A DNA stretch of 62,806 bases, counting the filler. It is 7 parts of 7 records of this genome, joined end to end, with 100 filler letters (N's around TTAATTAATTAA, not from the genome) between each part and the next. Parts side by side here need not be neighbours in the genome. Positions count along the whole stretch, not along the records: positions 1 to 14,924 come from SRR9188677_222; 6 more parts are not named here. One strand, written 5' to 3'. The translations under genes and the position numbers were made by a program. How positions within the stretch are numbered: position 1 is the stretch's first letter; the number at the start of each line of letters is the position of its first letter. Shown one piece after another: positions 1-8,199 of this stretch. Under the pieces are notes generated by a model. It saw only the letters and a list, made by a program, of their open reading frames with translations. It had not been told where the DNA came from and searched no databases.

Positions 1-99
1 TCCGCAAATTTCTTAACGCCTTTTTTCAAATGCCGGATAAAGACCTTGAGAAATGAACTTTGAGCTTGTTCTACCTAATTCGATATTGGGTGTTTGTTG

Positions 100-168
100 T
101 TCTATGTTCTATATTCTATGTTGTTTTACTTCCTTCGACATTCGACATTCCCTTTTCGATATTCGATA
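100..168. repeat. Degenerate 7-bp tandem repeats (TTCTATR x3; TTCGAYA x4 plus one degenerate unit)
   Basis: ttctatg-ttctata-ttctatg at 100-120; ttcgaca-ttcgaca-ttccctt-ttcgata-ttcgata at 134-168. Confidence 0.75.
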
Positions 169-230
169 TTTCCCGCCCATGCAGGGTTCGATCTTCGATC
201 TCTTTATTCCTGTGACATTGTCGGAGATTG

Positions 231-2426
231 TCAGAGCTTAATGCTAAGGGTAGCCGTCAGATTCCTGCCCTCTGATGGCCATATACCCGGACCCGGGTAA
301 AACATAGGCCGTTTGGTAAAGTAAGAAAGGTTAGTAAGATTATTGATTGTCATCTTCAGACCCAGTGATCCGGAAAAACGGAATCCTGTAGTCAGATCCC
401 ATATAGCATAAGCAGGCACCAACCCTACGGCCCCTGTGGCTGCGGGTGGTTCTACTGTATTCAGCGCATCGGCATAGGTAGCAGCAGTATAACTGTACAG
501 CAGCGCTATGCTGAATTTGCGATAATAGAGGGTTGCTCCATTTCTGCTGGTGAGTGCCGGTGCACTTTCCACTTTGTTACCTGCTATATTAACATTGGCA
601 TTCCCCTGTTTTACCATAGCTTCTGTATAACGGGCATCTAACCAGGAAGTGGAAGTAAAGACCGTCAGGTTTGTTCTTTTACCAAGTAACCAGTTAGCCT
701 GAATAAAAATTTCGGCACCCTTACTGGTAGAATTACCAATATTGGTACGGTAGAGGTACAGTGTTCCTGTATTATCGGTTTGTGCAAGTGTACCAAACCG
801 ATTGTTATCGCGAAGCAGAAAAGCCGTAATATCCCATTTCAAAAAACGCCAGTTGCCCTTTACACCCATCTCTGCATTGTAACCGGATGCATCGCGGATA
901 TTGGGATCTACCTTATCATACAAAGATGCCGGTACCAGGTCTTTAAAAATCATGGGGCGGTAGGCCTGCGACCATCCACCATACAACTGCAGATTTTCAG
1001 AAACTTTGTACGCTGCAGTAACTGCATACAGGGGAAATTGATGGTGGATAGATACAGGTATCTTATGATCGGGGTAGTAGTTAATGATACCGCTGAGATC
1101 TGTATGCCCGCTTTCTATGCGCGTACCCATGGTAACAGCCAGTTCGCTTGTAAGCTGCCATTTGTTTTCTGCAAAGAATGCAATGTTTTTTGTTTTAAAA
1201 TGCAGGTCTCTGCCCCATCCGGGTGTAACCAATGTCAGGTCAAAATCGTTACCGGTACTGCCAACCCCCAATTGTGTTCTGTGCAGGTCGTTATTCATGT
1301 ATTGTACCCCTGTTACCAATATACTGGTCTGTTTTCCTGTTCGGTACTGATGCAATAAGCGCAGTTCTGTGGTATAACTGTTAAAGCGGTCTATATCAAC
1401 CTGCCGGTTATTGTATTGTAAAGTAGAGAGGTTAAGTGTATCCTGTATATTGGTGGGTTTATCAAACATGACACTATTGCGTTTTCCCAAAACTGCAGAC
1501 AAGCTCCATTTCAGTTGTGTTAGCCGGCTCAGTTGCCAGTCTGCCGTAAGAGAAGGTACATGAATATTCGGATTAAAATAATTCCTGCTTCTGGTGGCCA
1601 GACGGGGATCTGTTTGAAATTGCCTGTCTGTTAGTGCCCCCGACATACGGTATACATATCCCGATCTTGACCATTCTGCACGAAGGCTAAAACGGTGCGA
1701 GGCCTGATAAGTTAGTACCATGGATTCTGCACCTGCATCGGTATGTTCATTTGCACGGTAGCCATTTCTTGTTTTCCTGTTTACATACCCGTAATAAGAA
1801 AATTTTCCTGTGCGTCCACCTACAGCTAGATATTGGTTTAACAAGCCATAGGATCCCACTGTAGTAATAGCTTCTACGCCGATGGATCTGGAGGAGTCGG
1901 CAGTTTTACCGATATAGTTAAGCATTCCACCAAACTGCGCCCCATATTGCAGAGAGCCTGTTCCTCTTACCAATTCAATTCTTTCAATGCTTTCCAGTGG
2001 CATATTAAAATGACTGGCCGGGTATCCATACATATCTGAATTAGTAATGATCCCATCTTTCCTGATATTGAATTCCCATCCGCGATGTGGATCCAGCCCA
2101 CGCAACGCTATATTTATCTGGTTGCCCGCTCCATCCATATCATATACAAATACGCCCGGAATTTTAGCAAATACCTGGCGGCCTACTTTATTGGTCATAT
2201 CTGCATCTGTGTGCAACAGGTTCAGTTTTTCTGTTTTTTTGCCCGCAAAGAGATAGGTTCCCTGTACATCCGGCAAATAAGATTTCTGTGCGGAAAAAAC
2301 ATAGGCATTGACCACCACACTATCCAGCAAGGAAAACCGGATAGAATCTTTTGCATTTTGTGCCTGTGCAAAAAGTGCAGGACAAAGAATCCATTGCAGG
2401 CCGATAAACCAGATTAACTTTTTCAT
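231..2426 (-). CDS. TonB-dependent outer-membrane receptor (FecA-like, no SusD partner)
   Basis: Signal peptide; plug motifs ALRGLDP and IERIELVRGTGSLQYG; C-terminal NNLTNLSY box; 731 aa beta-rich. Confidence 0.92.
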   Translation of the reverse strand: MKKLIWFIGLQWILCPALFAQAQNAKDSIRFSLLDSVVVNAYVFSAQKSYLPDVQGTYLFAGKKTEKLNLLHTDADMTNKVGRQVFAKIPGVFVYDMDGAGNQINIALRGLDPHRGWEFNIRKDGIITNSDMYGYPASHFNMPLESIERIELVRGTGSLQYGAQFGGMLNYIGKTADSSRSIGVEAITTVGSYGLLNQYLAVGGRTGKFSYYGYVNRKTRNGYRANEHTDAGAESMVLTYQASHRFSLRAEWSRSGYVYRMSGALTDRQFQTDPRLATRSRNYFNPNIHVPSLTADWQLSRLTQLKWSLSAVLGKRNSVMFDKPTNIQDTLNLSTLQYNNRQVDIDRFNSYTTELRLLHQYRTGKQTSILVTGVQYMNNDLHRTQLGVGSTGNDFDLTLVTPGWGRDLHFKTKNIAFFAENKWQLTSELAVTMGTRIESGHTDLSGIINYYPDHKIPVSIHHQFPLYAVTAAYKVSENLQLYGGWSQAYRPMIFKDLVPASLYDKVDPNIRDASGYNAEMGVKGNWRFLKWDITAFLLRDNNRFGTLAQTDNTGTLYLYRTNIGNSTSKGAEIFIQANWLLGKRTNLTVFTSTSWLDARYTEAMVKQGNANVNIAGNKVESAPALTSRNGATLYYRKFSIALLYSYTAATYADALNTVEPPAATGAVGLVPAYAIWDLTTGFRFSGSLGLKMTINNLTNLSYFTKRPMFYPGPGIWPSEGRNLTATLSIKL

Positions 2427-2521
2427 ACTTCTTGCATTAACAAATAAGTTCCCCGGTAAACACCAGGGAACGTTTCAATAAACTACCATTGATTGATCCT
2501 TTAACGGGATACCTATTATTT

Positions 2522-4075
2522 TTATTCTGCACCATCTGCTTTGGCTTTGGCAATCGCATAGGCACCTACTTTTTGTCCGGTCAGTAATCCTACTTCACAA
2601 TCGCTTCTGTAATGGATACCCCCGTACATTCTTGATACAGAAGCTTCTCTCGCCATCTCATTATACAGGTTCAGTTTTTCAGGCAAGAGATGACCAAGTA
2701 TGGTTGCTGCGGCCCCGCTAAACGTGGAATGCCCTGAAATATATGCCGGAAAATTAGGGATACCTGTCAACGTTTTGATGGCCGGGTTCAGTTGGGTAGG
2801 CCTGGCATTGTAATAATAATACTTAGTGTCCCAGCATACAATGGCTGCATCCATCATTGCCATATTCAGCAGAGCCAGATTCCTGGCCCACCTTACTTCA
2901 CTCAGATTTTTTGCGATAAAGTCTTCCGCAGCAATAGCATTCCAATGTCCGGGTGGTGTATAAGTACCTACCCCATCCGCCCAAACATGCACAATACGGA
3001 TACGATCGCGTGTGGGATTATCAATCAAGTCTTTGATCTCTGCTGTTTCTTTTTTCATCTGATCACCCGTTGTGGCGGGTGGGGGTCCGGGACGTAATGC
3101 CACCGTGGTATTTACATCAAACAGGAAGGGCGTAACTTTTCCAAACAAGGGTAACATGGGCGGTCTTTTTGGCGCATCCAGACTGATCCAGGGTACTTCG
3201 CCTCGGGCAGTAGTAGTCGTTTCCAATGCTGCCCAATCGGTTGGTGTTCCAATAGCGGCACCAGCTTTATCGGTTCTGGCACGGGCCGTAAATTTTTGCG
3301 CCACCAATCTGCCCAATGCCTCGCCCGCTTCAATATCGCTACGGGTAGCGGTACCGGAAGCAATAGCAGCCAGTTCATGCTCTTCCAGTTTCTGCTGAAT
3401 AGCGGCGATCTCACCCGGAAATAACAGCTTCATCATCTCAGCAGTTACTCCGGCCAACACAGCCGCTTCTGAGGGATAGGAAGGCAGGTCAGTCTGAGAC
3501 CATTTTGCGGTTACAGCCGCATCTGTTTTATAAGGTGCAGCGCGGTTATATAGTTTCTTATAATACCAGGCAGCCACCAATGCATCATATTGTGCTGCAC
3601 TGATATAGGCATAGGCCCTTGCCGCATACGGCGGATTGGCAAAAGGAAACAAAGGATACGCAAAAGGATTGGCCGCACTGGGTGCGGGATAGGTACCATC
3701 GGCATTCTGGTAAGGCGGCAGGTTGTATTTGGCCACCAGCTCGCGCATGATCTCGTTCCAGCGGAGTACCCCACCGGCACCCCAATAAGCCATTTTCTTT
3801 TCCTGATCTGCAGAAAGATTTTTCTGTAATGCTTTGATCTCGTTCAACTCAGCTACATAAGCCGGCGTAGTTATAGCTACTGGTACCGCCACTGCAAATT
3901 CAGTAGGTGCCGTTAACAAAATGGGCTTCCAGTTTCCGGCATTGATATCTGTTTGTACCGGTGTCAGAACTGCCATATCATCTGTGCGGCCTGTAGCCAT
4001 TTTTTTACAGGAGACCTGCAGGCTAACTAAAAGTATTGCGCCGAAAAGTATTGTTAATAAGGTTATCTTTTTCAT
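2522..4075 (-). CDS. Tandem-domain PAP2/vanadium-haloperoxidase-family lipoprotein
   Basis: Lipobox LQVSC; C-terminal domain has K-x6-RP (KYYYYNARP), ISGH and SRMYGGIHY; N-terminal copy degenerate; start reassigned to MKKITLL at 4075. Confidence 0.85.
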   Translation of the reverse strand: MKKITLLTILFGAILLVSLQVSCKKMATGRTDDMAVLTPVQTDINAGNWKPILLTAPTEFAVAVPVAITTPAYVAELNEIKALQKNLSADQEKKMAYWGAGGVLRWNEIMRELVAKYNLPPYQNADGTYPAPSAANPFAYPLFPFANPPYAARAYAYISAAQYDALVAAWYYKKLYNRAAPYKTDAAVTAKWSQTDLPSYPSEAAVLAGVTAEMMKLLFPGEIAAIQQKLEEHELAAIASGTATRSDIEAGEALGRLVAQKFTARARTDKAGAAIGTPTDWAALETTTTARGEVPWISLDAPKRPPMLPLFGKVTPFLFDVNTTVALRPGPPPATTGDQMKKETAEIKDLIDNPTRDRIRIVHVWADGVGTYTPPGHWNAIAAEDFIAKNLSEVRWARNLALLNMAMMDAAIVCWDTKYYYYNARPTQLNPAIKTLTGIPNFPAYISGHSTFSGAAATILGHLLPEKLNLYNEMAREASVSRMYGGIHYRSDCEVGLLTGQKVGAYAIAKAKADGAE

Positions 4076-4076
4076 T

Positions 4077-5042
4077 TCAATTTTGTTTTGAGGGTGAAGT
4101 GGTTTCTTTGGCTTTCTTCGAAAAATCAAGAATGTAAAAAATGCCCCCGTTAATACTACTGGTCTGCCCCATATTACGGCCGGCCAGTGTAATACTTCCT
4201 CCCCCGATCAATGAAAGACCCTCCACTTTTTTCACTTCGTATTTGATATTAACCCCGGCCGTGCTGGCATTCATTTTATTGCTGGGAAAAGGCATGTTGT
4301 TGCGCGTAATATCAAAACCACCCAGTGTGTTAGACTGGTTAAGAATCAGCTCTGCGATGAGCTTACTGCTGCGCCAGCCGGTTCTTACCTGGTAATTACT
4401 CATATCCGGCATAGATACTTTATTGGTATTATGCAGCTCAGTTGTATAATAAGCAGTCCTGTCGATGGTAATATTATTCCTCACTATATAAGTACCCGAT
4501 ACCGTAGCAAAAAAGTTACCGATCTGGTAATCCAGCATGGCGCGAAATGATAGATTCGTGCTATGCAAACCGATAGACAAAGGCAAAAAATCAGGTGTAT
4601 AATTAGTGGTAGGGAAAGAGATGCCTCCCAGACCATATACCGAGATCGTTCCTTTTCCCCATTGGGTTTCAACAGGCATCCATTTGGCCCATACAGAAAG
4701 GTCCTGAAGACCTTGTAACCCATGCAGGGTTCCGGCAGATGCTTTGGTTTGTACATAAGGAAGTCCGAATAACAGGTTCAGCTTATCCGATACCCCATAG
4801 TTTCCCATTACCGCATACATATTGGCAGATACGGTTCCAAGGTTATCATTGTTTCTTTTCAGAGTTCCTTCCCAGTAATTTGTCCATTGACTGTGGCTGT
4901 ACATTAATCCGGTACAGAAATTATTTTTCGACATCATGATGGCATCCATATCTGTTTGCGCAGACAGCTGCGTGCAAAACAATACGATACCTATAAAGTG
5001 CAGACTGATATATTGGTACCAGCCCTTTATTGATCTTTTCAT
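4077..5042 (-). CDS. Putative outer-membrane beta-barrel protein (transporter/porin-like)
   Basis: Signal peptide ending QLSA; alternating amphipathic strands; terminal strand GIFYILDF; start probably MKRSIK at 5042. Confidence 0.6.
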   Translation of the reverse strand: MKRSIKGWYQYISLHFIGIVLFCTQLSAQTDMDAIMMSKNNFCTGLMYSHSQWTNYWEGTLKRNNDNLGTVSANMYAVMGNYGVSDKLNLLFGLPYVQTKASAGTLHGLQGLQDLSVWAKWMPVETQWGKGTISVYGLGGISFPTTNYTPDFLPLSIGLHSTNLSFRAMLDYQIGNFFATVSGTYIVRNNITIDRTAYYTTELHNTNKVSMPDMSNYQVRTGWRSSKLIAELILNQSNTLGGFDITRNNMPFPSNKMNASTAGVNIKYEVKKVEGLSLIGGGSITLAGRNMGQTSSINGGIFYILDFSKKAKETTSPSKQN

Positions 5043-5119
5043 AAGAGCAGATTTAGGGTATGACACAACAGGGCACGGCTATACCATACACCCATTGTAC
5101 AAATTGTTTTAGTGGTTAC

Positions 5120-6199
5120 TTAGAACCTTAGTGAGAGACCCAGGTTAAGCGCATAATCTGCAAAAGCAGCATCGCCCTTGGTATACTTTCCGGTATTGGC
5201 TGAGGTGATCTTATCAGCCATGCTCTGTGTTCGGTTACGGGTAATGGCAATCGGTACAAAAGCGTATACATTGAATTTCTTGAAAGCATAGGTAACACCG
5301 GGTTCGGCCGAAAGAATATAACCGGGTCTTCTGAAACCCAGACTGCCACCAATCAGATCATGTACCGGAATACACTCATTGCGCAAACCCAATGAAAAAG
5401 TGTACCGGTTCACCATGATGTTGGCACCGCCCCGCAGCATCATCTGATCAGGAACACTCATTACATCGCTGCCATTGGCAATAGCTGTGGCCGATGGTGT
5501 TCCGCCTCGGGCAGTAGAAACACCGTTCTGTTCTCTCGGGTTCATGAGATAATAGAAATTACCATATAAACTGATAGCATGGGTTAGGCTGTAATAGGCA
5601 TTGATCTCTGTAGTAATACCTGTTCCGCCATCACCCAGTTGTATCGACTGGTCTACCGGACCAATCTGTGTTACCCCTGCCACCGCTGTATAAAAACGAT
5701 CGGTGTAACGGTATTCGCCGGTGGGTAATTTCAAACCCAATCCTATCTGTACATTACCTTTTGTGTGTTTCATCGGGTTCAGCAGCCAGTAAGAAGCGGA
5801 TACGCGGATATCTCCCAAACCGAAAGAAGCGGTAGTATGTCTTTCCTTACCGCCATGCTCATACAGCGAAGAACGGGTATTGGAAATAATGGGTACATCG
5901 GCCGAAACAGACCAGCGGTGATTCAGGATCCGGGTAACGGCTACATCCATGGTATAGGCATGGTTGATTACCTGGGTACCGGCATCCACCCTATGTTTCT
6001 GTTCTACATCACCCACAAAATGTTTATAGGAGTTGAAATAGCGGTTATTGATATTGAGTAACCATTTTTGTTGGGAAGAATCGTTGCCGTGATCCATGGT
6101 ACCTAAACCACCCACACTTCTGATGGCAACGCAACCCTGGGCATTGGCCCGCGACGAAAGTGCAAGCAATAATATAATTACAATGAAATTTGATTTCAT
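5120..6199 (-). CDS. Putative outer-membrane beta-barrel with N-terminal Cys (QGCVAIR)
   Basis: Signal peptide ANA-Q; GLGD and GLKLPTG motifs typical of small OM barrels; C-terminal Phe (LSLRF). Confidence 0.65.
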   Translation of the reverse strand: MKSNFIVIILLLALSSRANAQGCVAIRSVGGLGTMDHGNDSSQQKWLLNINNRYFNSYKHFVGDVEQKHRVDAGTQVINHAYTMDVAVTRILNHRWSVSADVPIISNTRSSLYEHGGKERHTTASFGLGDIRVSASYWLLNPMKHTKGNVQIGLGLKLPTGEYRYTDRFYTAVAGVTQIGPVDQSIQLGDGGTGITTEINAYYSLTHAISLYGNFYYLMNPREQNGVSTARGGTPSATAIANGSDVMSVPDQMMLRGGANIMVNRYTFSLGLRNECIPVHDLIGGSLGFRRPGYILSAEPGVTYAFKKFNVYAFVPIAITRNRTQSMADKITSANTGKYTKGDAAFADYALNLGLSLRF

Positions 6200-6240
6200 A
6201 CAGTTTTTTTAAGCGATGAGTAATGGTTGTGAAAAAGAAC

Positions 6241-7569
6241 CTATTTCTTTTTCATCTTCAAACGGCTGGCCACCAGCTGGCCAACTTTGGCTCCTATATC
6301 GGTACTGATGATACAGGAATTGTGAAAGTGCAAACCACCATAAAAGCGCGCCCAGTTATTCTCTAGGGCAGCATCACGGAACGATTTGAAGGACCGGCTT
6401 TTGATACCGAATTCCAGTTCCGTAGAGTCTGTATAGGAGAAATTGTCGCCAAAAACACTGGTCAGTGCTTCAGCGGCAGCAGAAGAAATGGTTGAGTGCC
6501 CGCAGGTATATTCCGGAAACGCGGGGGTTTGCAGGTAAGGGCGCCAATTGGGATCAATGAATTTATTGATCACCGTTTCGGGCCTTACCGTATTATACTT
6601 GTATTTCACATACCAGCATTGAATGAATGAATCAAACAAAGCAATACTGGTTTTAGCGAATGCGTACACAGTTTCGGGGTAGCTGTATTTAGCCTGCTTG
6701 GCGGCTATTCCTATCACACTCATCCAGTGGCCTGATGGTGAGAATTTTTTACTACCGTACATCACATGACCGGTAACATTCATTTTAAATGGATTATCAT
6801 CCCAGAATTCAGCAATATGTTTTTGTTCGTCAGTCAGACTGTCAACGGCATTTTTGATCGCCATCACTTCCTTATAATATTTGCTGTTTTTATCAGTGAT
6901 ATTATAATCCGGTGGTGGTGGTGGTGCAAAAACAGACGCACTGTCAATCACCATCGGACGGATCTCCATCCAATGTGGTTCAGCTGCGGATGCGTATAAA
7001 GGTGGCGTAGGTACCCAGCGGCCCGGTTCGTCTTTTACGGTATATTTTTCAGCGCCGCGTGTTTGCAGGTAATTATCGCCCTTACTCCAGCGGATGATAG
7101 AAGCCGACACACTATCTGCCAATAGCTGTGATGCTTCTTCTACATCGCCCGGCAGGCCCTTATCGCGGGCCAGCTGTAAGATGCTGTCTTTATAGATCTG
7201 CAAACTTCCTTCGGGAAAAGTAACCGATTCGCCCACTTTCATGTAGGCCAGCAAAGCAGCCAATTCTATATCTGCCTTGGGATCCGCGGAAGGAAATGAT
7301 ACCTGGGTTAACCCTTTTACCTGACCCGCCAATGACTGGTACTCATCGGGATGGGCAAATGCCATTACTTCATAGGCAGCAACGGCTGCATATACATAAT
7401 TACGTGCTGCCACCATGGGTGGGAAATTGTTTCCCATTACTACGGTGTTCAACTCATGAACTGTCTGACTGAATAATTCCGGATTGTGCAGGTAGGTTTT
7501 GTATTCATCGTTCTGACGGCATGCATACAGACCTAACACAACACAAAGACCCATGATGAGTCTTTTCAT
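6241..7569 (-). CDS. Vanadium-dependent haloperoxidase-family lipoprotein
   Basis: Lipobox LYAC; KYKYNTVRP, EYTCGH, ARFYGGLHF motifs; FWDDNP; size typical of bacterial V-HPO-like proteins. Confidence 0.88.
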   Translation of the reverse strand: MKRLIMGLCVVLGLYACRQNDEYKTYLHNPELFSQTVHELNTVVMGNNFPPMVAARNYVYAAVAAYEVMAFAHPDEYQSLAGQVKGLTQVSFPSADPKADIELAALLAYMKVGESVTFPEGSLQIYKDSILQLARDKGLPGDVEEASQLLADSVSASIIRWSKGDNYLQTRGAEKYTVKDEPGRWVPTPPLYASAAEPHWMEIRPMVIDSASVFAPPPPPDYNITDKNSKYYKEVMAIKNAVDSLTDEQKHIAEFWDDNPFKMNVTGHVMYGSKKFSPSGHWMSVIGIAAKQAKYSYPETVYAFAKTSIALFDSFIQCWYVKYKYNTVRPETVINKFIDPNWRPYLQTPAFPEYTCGHSTISSAAAEALTSVFGDNFSYTDSTELEFGIKSRSFKSFRDAALENNWARFYGGLHFHNSCIISTDIGAKVGQLVASRLKMKKK

Positions 7570-7619
7570 ATGCTAAAAATTAAGGAAAATAAAATGAGGT
7601 GATGCTTAATGAACCAACG

Positions 7620-8180
7620 CTAGACTTGTGGTGGCTTATCCAGACGGCTGAGATACACAGACTTCAGATCGGCAAAAACCGTCGAGTTCCAGGTTCCAGA
7701 CAGATCAGCGTTCCTAAACTGCCAAGAAAAGAATTCGTGATCATTCGTGAAATCCTGTACTGAGAATTTCGCCGCGTGATGCTGGTGTGAAGGTGCCTTT
7801 TTGGATGTATTATTGGTTACAAAATCGTTGGCTAAACTGGCGAACTGGTCGCGCGCATTTTTGATCCCTGTTTTTACCATATTGGGGATACAGAGCAATT
7901 CCAGTGAATCCTGGTAAAAACGGCGTTTTACATAGGTATACGTAACGCCTTTGATCTCTACACTACCTTCTACTCTTTCAAATTTTTCGGAACTGCTACC
8001 ATAGGGCAAACTGGCGGGCACTTTAATGCGTAAGAGATCAGCTTCGTTGTACTGGTCAAGATCCAGTGCAGCCTGTAATTGCAGGTCGGCACGGTCTTCG
8101 AAATAATTGGTCAACAGCCGGTAACCTCCCCAGTTAAAGAGAAGGATTCCCAATAGCAGTATGGACACAATCTTTTTCAA
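7620..8180 (-). CDS. Hypothetical protein with N-terminal membrane anchor and His-rich patch
   Basis: Likely TTG start (LKKIVSILLLGILLFNWGGY) 19 nt after the GH65 stop; SHQHH patch. Confidence 0.7.
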   Translation of the reverse strand: MKKIVSILLLGILLFNWGGYRLLTNYFEDRADLQLQAALDLDQYNEADLLRIKVPASLPYGSSSEKFERVEGSVEIKGVTYTYVKRRFYQDSLELLCIPNMVKTGIKNARDQFASLANDFVTNNTSKKAPSHQHHAAKFSVQDFTNDHEFFSWQFRNADLSGTWNSTVFADLKSVYLSRLDKPPQV

Positions 8181-8199
8181 GCCGTGTGAAAATAACACA

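Noticed and set aside
3-56. Possible 3' end of a plus-strand gene (RKFLNAFFQMPDKDLEK*)
   Set aside because: Too short to identify or support.
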